The notes under the pieces: model-generated
Seen by the model: only the letters and a program-made list of their open reading frames with translations
The model's database searches: none
Told to the model about the DNA's origin: nothing
NCBI RefSeq assembly: GCF_009914755.1
Contig: NC_060929.1
From: the human T2T-CHM13v2.0 reference genome, Homo sapiens
DNA length: 64,000 nucleotides
Reading direction: 5' to 3' (one strand)
Made by a program: the position numbers and the translations under genes
Shown: one piece after another, positions 11,701 to 28,526 of the stretch
Numbering within the stretch: position 1 is the stretch's first letter
Layout: every line of letters begins with the position of its first letter

Positions 11701-14700
11701 GTGTTGCCGTCTACCTCATTCCTTAGGTTTAGTAGTAATTGTTTTATAAATTTGGGAGCTTCACTCTTAGGTGTGTAAATATTTGGGATATTTTCATGTT
11801 GGACTAATCCTTTTATAATTGTATAATGTTCTTCTTTGTCCTTTTTCACTGTTATTGCATTAAAGTCCATTTTGTCTCACATAAGAATAGCTACTCCTCC
11901 TCACTTTTGGTTTCCATTTGCGTGAAATATCTTTCTCCATCCCTTTACCTTAAGTCTATGTGAGTCCTTATGCGTTAGGTGAGTCCCTTCAAGATAGCAG
12001 ATACTTGGTTGGTAGAATTTATCCACTCTGCCATTCTGTATCTTTTAAGTGGGGCATTTAGGTCATTTACATTCAATGTTACTACTGAGATAGGAGGTAC
12101 TGTTCTATTCATGCTAGTTATTGCCTGAACATCTTTTTTTTTCCCCATTGTGTTACTGTTTCATAGGCCCTGTGAAATTTATGCTTTGAGGAGGTCCTAT
12201 TTTGGTGTATTTCCAGGTTTTGTTTCAAGATTTAGGACCCGTTTTAGCATTGCTTGTAGTGCTGGCCTGGTAGTGGCAAAGTCTCTCAGCATTTGTTTGT
12301 CTGAAAAAGACTTTATCTCTCCTTCATTTGTGAAGTATAATTTTTCTGGATACAAAATTCTTGGCTGGCAATTATTTGGTTTGAGGAGGCTAAAGATTGG
12401 ACTCCAATCCCTTCTGGCTTGAGGGTTTCTACTGAGAAATCTGCTGTTAATCAGATAAGTTTTCCTTTAGAAGTTACCTTTTGCCTCACAGATCTTACGA
12501 TTCTTTCCTTTGTCTTGACTTTAGATAACCTGATGACTGTGTGCCCAGGCAATGATCTTTTTGTGGTGAATTTCCCGGGTATTCTTTGAGCTTCTGGTAT
12601 TTGGATGTCTAGATCTCTAGCAAGCCCAGCGAAGTTTTCCTTGATTATTTCCTCAAATAAGCTTTCTGAACTTGTAGATATTTCTTTTTCTTCCTCATGA
12701 ACACCAATTATTCTTATGTTTGGTCATTTGACATAATCTCAAATTTATGGAGGCTTTGTTCATTTTCTAAAAATTTAGTTTTCTTTGTCTGTGTTGGATT
12801 GGGTTAATTCAAAAGGCTTGTCTTCGAGCTCTGAAGTTCTTTCTTCCACTTGTTTGATTCTATTGTTGAAATTTTCCAGTGTATTTTGTATTTCTCTAAG
12901 TGTGTCTTTCATTTCTAGAAGTTGTGATTGTCTTTTCTTTATGTCTATTTCTCTAAAGACTTTTTCAATCATATCCTATATTGTTTTTTGAAGTTAAGTT
13001 GATTTTCACCTTTCTCTAGTAACTCCTTGAGTAGCTTAATAAACCTGCTGAATTCTTCATCTGGCAATTCAGAGAGTTCTTCTTGGTTTAGCTAGTGTGA
13101 TCTTTTGGGGTGTTATAGAACCTTTTTTTTTTTTTTTTTCATGTTATCAGAATTACTTTTCTGGTTCCTTCTCATTTGGGTCGACTCTTTCAATGGAAAG
13201 ATTTGGAACTCAAGGGCTGCTGTTCAGATTTTTATGTCCCAAGTGGTGATCCCTTAATGTGGTGCTCTCTCCCTTCCCCTAGGGATGGTGCTTCCTGAGA
13301 GCTGGACTGCAGTGGTTGTTACTGTGCTTCTGAGTCTACCCACCCAGTGGGGCTACTGGGCTCTGGATTGTTGTTGCAGAATGTCTGCAAAGAATCCTGT
13401 TATATGATTCATATTCGGATCTCCCAGCCATGGATACCAGCACCTACTCCAGTGGAGGTGGCAGGGGAGTGAAGTTGACTTTTTGGAATTCCTTGATTGT
13501 AGTTTTGTTCAGTGTGCTGGTTTTTCTCAAATGCTGGTTATGCTAGCAGTCAAATTGTCACATGGACAGACTCAGGACCTCTGATAAGCCAGGATGTTGC
13601 AGGCAGTGAAATTAGCTGTTGTTTTCTTCTTCCTTGGGGCAGGGTTGTTCTTGTATGAGTTGCTGTAATGGCTTGAGTTGGTTAGCCTCCAGCCAGGAGG
13701 TGGTGCTTTCAAGAGAGCACCAGCTGTGATAGTAGAAAGGAGATACAAGCTTACCCTATGTTGGCTAGAATAAGTATTTGGGTTTCTCAGGTGATGGGCA
13801 GGGCCATAGAGCTCCCAAGAGTTTATGTCTTTTGTCTTTGTCTACTAGGGCAGTAAACCATCAGGTTGGGGCAGGGTTAGGTGGGTCTGAACAAAAACTC
13901 ACCTTAGGCAGTGCTTGCTGTGGCCACTGTGGGGGATGGGAGGTGCTTCTCAGGCCAATGAAGTTATGTTCCAAGGGGGTTATAGCTGCCTCTGCTGCAT
14001 CATACAAGTCACCAGGGATGTGTGGGAAAGCCAGCAGTGACAGGCCTCACCCTGCTCCCACACAGCCAGCAAGGCCAGTCTTTCTCCTGCTGTGCCCTAC
14101 CAGGAAGCTGTGCAGGGCTGAAATCTTGCCCCAGGCTACAAGCTTCCCCACTGAGAAAGCAAGTAGGGCTCTCAGGCCTCTCCCCTCCCTAACTTCCCAC
14201 ACTGTCAGCTGTGGCTTCTGCACTCCTATCTGCACTTCCCATTCACTCCCCTGGATTCTGCTTAGAAAAATTTGTGCTCAGTCAAAAATTATTAAAGCTC
14301 AGCTAGAAGTTTCGTTCACCCTGTGGCCCCTCCCCTGTTCTGCTGGCTTCCTCCCCAAGGGCTGCTCTGAGATAAAGCCAGGGATGGCTTCCCTGGGCTC
14401 AAGCTCAGGACCAGGAGTGCCTACAGGGCTCTTCCCGCTGCTTCTTCTACTTTCATATTTTGCTTGGCTCCCTGAATCTGTTTCAGCTCTAGGTAAGGTT
14501 ACATCTTTCTCTCATGATCTGGATTTTTAGGTTCCCCTGTGGGGATGTGTGTTCAGATACAGACTTTTCCCCCTCTTCACACTTTGAGAACTCACAGTTT
14601 TTCAGCTGTCTTGAAGTTTGCAGCAGCAAGCCTCTTCTTTCAAAGGGTCTGTGAATTCTTTCAGTTTTCCTGTTATGTTCCTGCTGTAGTTCTTGGAGCA

Positions 14701-14789
14701 AAGGTTCATGATGTGAGTCTCCACATGCTGTTCTATTTGTCCAAGTGGGAGCTGCACATTAGTCCTGTCTCCTATCTGCCATTTTCCTC
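8785..14789 (-). mobile_element. Full-length degraded LINE-1, L1PB1-type 3' end with L1PBa-type 5' UTR of about 1.6 kb
   Basis: 3' end 'gtttttggggaacaggtggtgtctggttacatgaataagttctttagtggtgatttctgag'. 5' end in sense 'gaggaaaatggcagataggagacaggactaa'. ORF1 ATG about 13175, ORF2 ATG about 12112. ORF fragments with endonuclease (IIVGDFN, SKIDH) and RT ([12 protein letters not shown]) motifs. TSD 'tcttccttttt' at 8774-8784 and 14790-14800. Confidence 0.93.
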
Positions 14790-15500
14790 TCTTCCTTTTT
14801 GAATACCAGCTTTAACTCATTCTTATGTACTGATCTAATTCTGTTGGATAAGTGAGCTTCTACTCTACAAATAATGGCTCAACATCTACAGTTACCATCA
14901 AGTTTTTTAAAAGCACCACTGTTTATTAAATTTGTTAGCAAGGCCAATGTTATCTACAAAATAAAAAAATTTGGATTAGATAATTTATCAGACCCTTTTT
15001 AATTCATATGTTTTGTGGTCACATAAGTTTAGCTTCTGAGTGGCTTTGTTAGCTTTACTTTGTTTTATGACCACAGATGTACATACCATTGACTTTGCCC
15101 ATCCATTTCATAATTGGAAAACAGAGAAAGAGGTAAGTTAAATAGACCGAAACCAGCTCCACTATTGGCAAACCAACTATTGATAAATCATTTTCTCTTG
15201 TGAAGGAGAAAAATCTCTTTTTTATTCTTATATTTTTTTTAAATTAAGAAGTAATTTATTTATTTATTTTTATTCTTTATTTTTTATTTTTTTTAATTAT
15301 ACTTTAAGTTTTAGGGTACATGTGCACATTGTGCAGGTTAGTTACATATGTATACATGTGCCATGCTGGTGCGCTGCACCCACTAACTCGTCATCTAGCA
15401 TTAGGTATATCTCCCAATGCTATCCCTCCCCCTTCCCCCCTCCCCACCGCAGTCCCCAGAGTGTGATATTCCCCTTCCTGTGTCCATGTGATCTCATTGT

Positions 15501-19344
<3,844 letters not shown>

Positions 19345-19392
19345 TTATTTTGCTTGTTAGTTGATGCAGTTTCTTCCTAGTCTCGATGGTCT

Positions 19393-20404
19393 TTACATTT
19401 TGGCATGATTTTGCAGCGGCTGGTACTGGTTGTTCCTTACCATGTTTAGCGCTTCCTTCAGGAGCTCTTTTAGGGCAGGCCTGGTGGTGACAAAATCGGT
19501 CAGCATTTGCTTGTCTGTAAAGTATTCTATTTCTCCTTCACTTATGAAGCTTAGTTTGGCTGGATATGAAATTCTGGGTTGAAAATTCTTTTCTCTAAGA
19601 ATGTTGAATTTTGGCCCCCACTCTCTTCTGGCTTGTAGGGTTTCTGCTGAGAGATCCGCTGTTAGTCTAATGGGCTTCCCTTTGAGGGTAACCCGACCTT
19701 TCTCTCTGGCTGCCCTTAACATTTTTTCCTTCATTTCAACTTTGGTGAATCTGACAATTACGTGTCTTGGAGTTGCTCTTCTCGAGGAGTATCTTTGTGG
19801 TGTTCTCTGTATTTCCTGAATCTGAACTTTGGCCTGACTTGCTAGATTGGGGAAGTTCTCCTGGATAATATCCTGCAGAGTGTTTTCCAACTTGGTTGCA
19901 TTCTCCGCATCACTTTCAGGTACACCAATCAGGCATAGATTTGGTCTAATAGTCCCATATTTCTTGGAGGCTTTGCACATTTCTTTTTATTCTTTTTTCT
20001 CTAAACTTCCCTTCTCGCTTCATTTCATTCATTTCATCTTCCATTGCTGATATCCTTTCTTCCAGTTGATCGCATCGGCTCCTGAGGCTTCTGCGTTCTT
20101 CACGTAGTTCTCGAGCCTTGGTTTTCAGCTCCATCAGCTCCTTTAAGCACTTCTCTGTATTGGTTATTCTAGTTATACATTCTTCTAAATTTTTTTCAAA
20201 GTTTTCAACTTCTTTGCCTTTGGTTTGAATGTCCTCCCGTAGCTCAGAGTAATTTGATCCTCTGAAGCCTTCTTCTCTCAGCTCGTCAAAATCATTCTCC
20301 ATCCAGCTTTGTTCTGTTGCTGGTGAGGAACTGCGTTCCTTTGGAGGAGGAGAGGCGCTCTGCGTTTTAGAGTTTCCAGTTTTTCTGTTCTGTTTTTTCC
20401 CCAT
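19393..20404 (-). pseudogene. L1 ORF1p, frameshifted
   Basis: MGKKQNRKTGNSK...QEIWDY stops, then RPNLCLIG...QNHAKM continues in another frame. A small net deletion near 19948 affects the consensus 'YVKRPN' codons. Confidence 0.96.
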
Positions 20405-21307
20405 CTTTGTGGTTTTATCTACTTTTGGTCTTTGATGATGGTGATGTACAGATGGGTTTTCAGTGTGGATGTCCTTTCTGTTTGTTAGTTTTCCTTCTAA
20501 CAGACAGGACCCTCAGCTGCAGGTCTGTTGGAATACCTTGCTGTGTGAGGTGTCAGTGTGCCCCTGCTGGGGGGTGCCTCCCAGTTAGGCTGCTCGGGGG
20601 TCAGGGGTCAGGGACCCATTTGAGGAGGCAGTCTGCCCGTTCTCAGATCTCCAGCTGCGTGCTGGGAGAACCACTGCTCTCTTCAAGGCTGTCAGACAGG
20701 GACATTTAAGTCTGCAGAGGTTACTGCTGTCTTTTTGTTTGTCTGTGCCCTGCCCCCAGAGGTGGAGCCTACAGAGGCAGGCAGGCCTCCTTGAGCTGTG
20801 GTGGGCTCCACCCAGTTGGAGCTTCCCGGCTGCTTTGTTTGCCTAATCAAGCCTGGGCAATGGCGGGCGCCCCTCCCCCAGCCTCGCTGCCGCCTTGCAG
20901 TTTGATCTCAGACTACTGTGCTAGCAATCAGCGAGATTCCGTGGGCATAGGACCCTCCGAGCCAGGTGTGGGATATAGTCTCGTGGTGCGCCGTTTTTTA
21001 AGCCGGTCTGAAAAGCGCAATATTCGGGTGGGAGTGACCCGATTTTCCAGGTGCGTCCGTCACCCCTTTCTTTGACTCGGAAAGGGAACTCCCCGACCCC
21101 TTGCGCTTCCCAGGTGAGGCAATGCCTCGCCCTGCTTCGGCTCGCGCACGGTGCGCGCACCCACTGGCCTGTGCCCACTGTCTGGCACTCCCTAGTGAGA
21201 TGAACCCGGTACCTCAGATAGAAATGCAGAAATCACCCGTCTTCTGCGTCACTCACGCTGGGAGCTGTAGACTGGAGCTGTTCCTAATCGGCCATCTTGG
21301 CTCCTCC
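20405..21307 (-). promoter_or_regulatory. L1PA2 5' UTR: CpG-rich internal sense promoter and antisense promoter, with YY1 site at 21290-21298
   Basis: Intact YY1 core AAGATGGCC (plus strand 'ggccatctt'). Densest CpG stretch in the window. Confidence 0.85.
20860..21075 (+). CDS. L1 ORF0 (primate antisense ORF), intact, 71 aa
   Basis: MAGAPPPASLPPCSLISDYCASNQRDSVGIGPSEPGVGYSLVVRRFLSRSEKRNIRVGVTRFSRCVRHPFL* with Kozak-like 'gggcaATGG'. Internal donors CAG/GTGTGG (20965/6) and CAG/GTGCGT (21050/1). Expression is not demonstrated. Confidence 0.85.
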   Translation: MAGAPPPASLPPCSLISDYCASNQRDSVGIGPSEPGVGYSLVVRRFLSRSEKRNIRVGVTRFSRCVRHPFL

Positions 21308-21510
21308 AAGAAGTAATTTATATACAGTGAAATACTCAGATCTTAAGAAAACAGTTCCATGAGTTTTGTAAATATATACACCCATGTAATCTATACTTCA
21401 ATTAAAATACATGTATCATTTTCATCACCTTAGAAAGTACTTTTGTGCCCATCTAGTCAATTTCCATTCCACCATACAGGCAACCAATTTTCTGATTTTT
21501 TTCCTATTGA
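21308..21510 (-). mobile_element. Old L1M (L1ME-like) 3' fragment into whose tail the L1PA2 inserted (T-rich remainder at about 15215-15245)
   Basis: 'taatttatatacagtgaaatactcagatcttaag...acagttccatgagttttgtaaatatatacacccatgtaa...ttcatcaccttagaaagt'. Confidence 0.75.
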
Positions 21511-22071
21511 GGAGTTTTTTTCTAAACACATTTGTTTTTAAATTGCCATGCAATATTGTACAGAACATCAGAAAAACAAATGGTATTGCTTTTGGAGTTG
21601 AAGATTTAGGTCTAATTTTATAATGCTTGGATTCATCTAACAATATAAAATTTCATTACTAAGCAAATAATACTATGCCAATTTCATTCATCTATTGAAT
21701 ACTGATTTTTAAAATGTCTTCTGAGAGAGGAAAGTATGAGTCCAAAGGCCTTGGGTTTTTCACAAGGTTTGCATGAATTTCCGTAAATAATGGAATTTTT
21801 CATGCTCTCTCTCTCTCTCTCCCTCTCTCTGTCTCTCATTCCTCATATGCAAATTGAGAGAATCAGACTAATGGTTTTCTAAGAAAGGCATCTTACAGAT
21901 TTAACATTCTTTGATGCTGTATTGTTTCCTCAGAGCACTACATCTAAAACACCTTATAAATCCAAAATAAGTCATTACTTTTTTTAATATCCTTTGAATT
22001 ATGTGGATGTTTATGTGGTTGTTGTAGAATGTGATACCTATGAAAGAAAAAAAATAATTTCAAAGTCCTTT

Positions 22072-22989
<918 letters not shown>

Positions 22990-23442
22990 TTAGATCTGTA
23001 GCCTGAGTCTCTCTCTTTTCTATGCTTAACAAACTTTAATGTATAATTAATCATTTAATAGTTAACTCATCTATAAGTCAAAAGATCTCATAATTTTTAA
23101 TTATGGAATCTTGACCAAATTACCCCACCTATTTTAAATTTGGACTTTTTATCTGTAAAACCTGTCTTCTCTCCCTTTCAAAAGGATTATATGAGTCAGA
23201 TGTGATAACATATGTAAAAGTATAAAACTATGAAAATCATGGAAATGTAAGTTATCATCTTGGTTATTAAAATAATTTTGACTCCATTTTTTTTTCCTGC
23301 AAAACAGTGAAACAAAATAAATGTCTTCTTAAAGTAGTTGAATTTCCCAAGTTGGTTCTACATACATCACCTTTTTCCTTTGCCATGAACGGCCATGCTC
23401 ACAGAGCCCTTTCCTGAGCTCTGTACTTAAAATGGCCTCTGA

Positions 23443-23746
<304 letters not shown>

Positions 23747-23834
23747 TTAAAATAGCTTCTGACTATTGAGCTTACCATACTTTTAAAAAATAACACTAAC
23801 TCTAATCTCCACCTAAAAAAAATTGCATATTCAT

Positions 23835-23980
23835 TCATCTACCTATTTGTTTTCCGTCTCTTCTAGAACATGAGATCTTGTGGACAGAGACTCAGAGTTT
23901 CCTCAGTGCTGATAAGAAACTGGCAATTACCAGACAATTAACAAACATTTTTGAATAAATGAATGACTGAATAAATGACT
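23835..23980 (+). mobile_element. L2 3' end
   Basis: 'ctagaacatgagatcttgtggacagagact...cagtgct...aaacatttttgaataaatgaatgactgaat'. Confidence 0.65.
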
Positions 23981-24514
23981 GGTGTTATTACCGTTGACCC
24001 ATCTGGCATCCTAGTTTTGAAGTTTCTTTCCCTTTATAGCTCTTACAGCTTTCACTTACTTTTGCCTTCAACAATATATTATAGTTCATCTTGAAACTAG
24101 TCACTTCCTAGAGTGACTCCTTTTCTCAGTCTTCCCTGTCTAATTTTGGCCTCTTACAGCTATGATAAAATCTTGGCAATCCTTTTTGTGGCATGTCTCT
24201 GAAATATGTCTCATTCTTTCCATTTTTACTACCATTGTCTCAGGCCAGGGATTTATCATAGTCTCTTATCTAAATTGTTACAAAAATACCCTAGGTAGTT
24301 TTCTTCTTCACTGTTTTCTAAAAGCATTAGCATCCTAAAACATTGATTTTTGTAATATTATTCTGCTCTTCACAAAACTTTGGGTGGTTTACCCATGGCT
24401 ATGGGATGAACTTCAGGCTTCTAAATATTGTAGTCTTGTTGTGTCCTTATCTAGTTTCTGTCCACCTTTTCCAGCTGCATGGACTTCCAACACTCCAACA
24501 ACGAAAGCCCTCTA

Positions 24515-24682
24515 AACTGGTGTGTTTTCATCTCAAGTGGGCATACAAATCACCTAGAAATATCGTTAAAATGTAGATTCTGATTCAGAAGTCCAAGGAT
24601 GGAGCTTGAGATTCTGCATTTCTAGCAAGCTCCCAGGCGATGCCAATGCCTCCACTCAAGCCTCTGTTGGAGTAGGAAGGCT
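24515..24682. mobile_element. MER5A (hAT-Charlie MITE)
   Basis: 'gcatacaaatcacctagaaatatcgttaaaatgtagattctgattcag...gagattctgcatttctagcaagctcccaggcgatgcc'. Confidence 0.8.
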
Positions 24683-24865
24683 CCGTCATTGAGCGTAGAT
24701 GCCACGTGCTTCTGCCTGTCTGCCTTATGCTGTTTCCAGGCTTGAAGGTTCTTCATTCACCTCACTGTCTGGTGAATTCCTATAGTCTGAAGATCTAAAT
24801 CAAACATCATCTTCTTAAAACCTTTTTTTTTTTTTAACCTTTTTCAGGAAGAATTGATCATGTGT

Positions 24866-25075
24866 TTTCTTTTTTTCTTTTAATATTTTTAATTTTTGTG
24901 GGTACATAGTAGATGTATATATTTATGGGGTACATGAAATATTTTGATACAGTCATGCAATGTGAAATAAGCACATCATGGAGAATGGGGCATCTATCCC
25001 CTCAAGCATTTATCCTTTGTATTACAAACAATCCAATTACACTCTTTTAGTTATTATTGACTATAGTCACCCAGT
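24866..25075 (-). mobile_element. L1MA (L1MA2/3-like) 5'-truncated 3' end
   Basis: 'tttttgtgggtacatagtagatgtatatatttatggggtacatg...gcacatcatggagaatgggg...cccctcaagcatttatcc'. Degenerate TSD atcatgtgtttt / atcatctgtctt. Confidence 0.85.
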
Positions 25076-28000
25076 GGAATCATCTGTCTTTTTACAGTAC
25101 TTTGTCGATATTTAGTTGTATATATGCTTTTCTTTTTAAATTGTGCATTCCTTAGAGGCAGTGATGGTGCCATCACAGTTGGGAATAAAAACGTCATACC
25201 CAAAGAAATTATTATATCATGCATAGAGTATATATTATATAAAGTATAAAGTATATCCACAAAATCCCCTGGAAATACAGGAGTACCTGAAACAATTGCC
25301 ATATGTCTATTATGTGCTAGTTTACCACACTATATTTAGTGCATAGCAGGTGTGCAATACCGATTTGTTGAAACTGTTTTGAAGAATTAAGTCCAAAAAT
25401 TGACTACAAAAAATGCTAGTCTGGTTGTCCGACTTTGGGATTTTCTGTTGGAAAATTTGTTAGGCCATAAATTATTTTCCTGAAAAATGTATAATATTTA
25501 CTATCGTACTTAATGATCCAAAAATCTGTACTGAATCAGAAGTAGAAATGTTAAAGTAATTACATTGAGAAGTCAATTTAACGAATACCTAGTATGTGAA
25601 AGCATTATTTCTATAATTTTTTATTGCCCAATTTATCACTTTTATTGTTCATTTACTTATGTTATATAGTTTCAGAATGAATTATAATATCTATTCCTCT
25701 CCCCCATTTTTTTCCAATATGAGCCCTTACAAAGCCACAGAAAGCTTTTATGTGAACAGAGTTTTTATATTTGTTAAAGTGAATCTATTTGATTCTTATG
25801 TGCTTTGGATAATTTCCCTAGAGTCTTTCCTTAATTATATCATACATGTGTTAAACAAGCACTTGCTTTCTTGCAGTCCAACTCAACTTGATCATCCAGA
25901 GTGGCCACAGGACTCAAACTGTGCTGTTTATTATCACTTAATGTCTGTGGTCTTCTAAGCACAGAATTCTGAGTAGAAAAGCAAAGCCTTTGCATGATAT
26001 AAATATTTGTATCTCACAAAAAGCAGGAGAAATGTACAACACGGCTGGCACAGGTCATGACATGATGTTGGCCACCCCCACCCCCTCTTCAGATGCAAAA
26101 CGGGAAATAACAAATATCATTTGTTACTATCACAATGAGGTAATTTTTCCTGTTGGGATATACAGAGAAAACTCTGTAAGTATGATTAAAACAACAAGAA
26201 ATCTGATTTAGCTTTAGCTTCATACCCTGTTAAGAACTCCCTGCACAATTTTGGCCTAAATTTTAGTACATTATATACTTGTTATGAAAACCTTTAACTG
26301 AAGCTTTGCAAAATGCTTCCAAAATAGGCTTAGATCACCTAACAAATCATACATGCCAACAGAATAATGTTACTTCCTAGTTCCAAGTTTATTGTGTTAC
26401 AGAACTTTAAGGATCAAATGAATATAAATTTACAAAGACACTACCGATTTTCCACTTGGAGCATGAACTGAATAATTTAAAAAGAAATGTAATAGTAATC
26501 CAAATATTGCCCAAGTTGTTCTTAAACCTATTAAACAGAGATGAGTAGGAAAGATTGATAATGTTGAAGGGAAAGGGAGGCTTTTAAAGTAAACTCCAGC
26601 AAAGAGTGAAACATTAATGTATCGGTTTGGTTGGAAGAGATCTGGAATATCAAGCAAACTCTACTTTGTAAGCTTATATTATATCATGATGGCAACTGCA
26701 AATTATAAATCAGACAGGTTTGTATTTCCATAGGCAAATGGAAATTTTCCTTCATGAATTTGGACAGTGTGAACCAGAGTCAATTCAACCCTGTCTGTGA
26801 ATAAGTAGCTCAGTTTATTGAAGCATGATTCTTTAGTTTAAGCATAGAGATGGCTACTATCTATGCTGTGTGGGTAGCTAGCTAGCTTTGGTGTTTTTCA
26901 TGGTAATGGGACACCCCATTCATGAAAAGCCATCCTAAAATTGTCCACAGTTGTTCTTTGCAAGGAACCAACAAAGAGGACTGTGGTCTGATTAGCATAA
27001 CACATCTAGGCTTCTGTCTCTTGAGAATAAAAGCATGTGCCCCTTTTAGATGGTGAATCAGAGGCTTTATCTTTGCATCTAAGGGATGGTAATAGTGAAT
27101 ATTATTATTATACATGGAAATCATTGGATTTTGTCTCTCTTGCTTAGATTTTTATTTGGATAATATATTGAGGGTAAAGTACCCTGAAGCAAAGAAGAAT
27201 GTCTGTTCCTGCTCCCCAGCCAAAGGGTGGTAAAGAGAAGGGCTTCCAGATCTGAAATACAAATAACTAGAAAATTGCAGTTTCCCTTGGGACTGGGGGT
27301 GGTGATTAGCCCATGAGACTAGTAACAAGAAGATGGCAAAAGAGAAAAATGCCCTGCTTGGGAGTGGTTTTGTTTTTTGTTTGTTTAATTAATTCATTTA
27401 TTAATGTAACTGCAGTATAGGAAATAAAGAGCTATTTCCTTTGCTAAGATTAAAAGTTTTAAATGAAAACTCTGCAGCCATCTAAGAAAGTAAAAGGAGG
27501 GGAGTAAGAAATGACCACCACATGGCCATCTAAGGCACCAGGAGAGTTTTCTATGTCAGCAGGTAGAAGAAAGTGTCACACAGCAGAGGCATTACTAATG
27601 TAGGGAGAAGAATGTTCTGTCACCTCTAGTCATTTACAGACCCAAGAGATTGAGGCATTGTGAGATATTTACACAGCATATTTGGATTGTATGGTTAATG
27701 CTTGTTGCTTTCAGTTAAATTTCTTCCTAAAGTACTACATAGTGTTCTTTTCAGTAGGAAGCTTTGACCTATCCTATAGAAATTGTTTTGCAGTTGCTGA
27801 GTGGGGGCTTCATGTGAAAATAAAAGCCCCTTAAAAAAATCACCCAGTCCTTTGGGCCAAGGTCATCTTAACACTAGAATTAAATTATGCTAATATTAAT
27901 TGAAATTCAAGGTGTTTGCCCTATATAATCCACTCATCTCTCCACTTCACTTTGCCTGCAGAAACAGTCAGACAGTAATTTTTATTAAAGCACAAACTCA

Positions 28001-28135
28001 AATGTAGGGTTCACTATAAAATAATTCAATGAGATTACAGAAGATATGACTAATACAAATGAGTTGGTCTTTGAACTTGTTTGATTATGAATAGAAATGC
28101 TGACTTCAAATTCCCTTGAGATGAAAGTTTGCTAG

Positions 28136-28526
<391 letters not shown>

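Larger units (their letters stand above)
24110..25375 (+). mobile_element. Fragmented L2, interrupted by MER5A and L1MA
   Basis: L2-like segments 'tctcattctttccattttactaccattgtctcaggcc', 'ctggtgaattcctat...aaatcaaacatcatcttc', and tail 'gcatagcaggtgtgcaataccgatttgttgaa'. Confidence 0.5.

Noticed and set aside
13778-14530. 250-aa plus-strand ORF antisense in the L1PB 5' UTR (possible ORF0 analogue)
   Set aside because: It has a TTG start, lies in GC-richer UTR sequence with few stops, and shows no similarity to ORF0 or any known domain.
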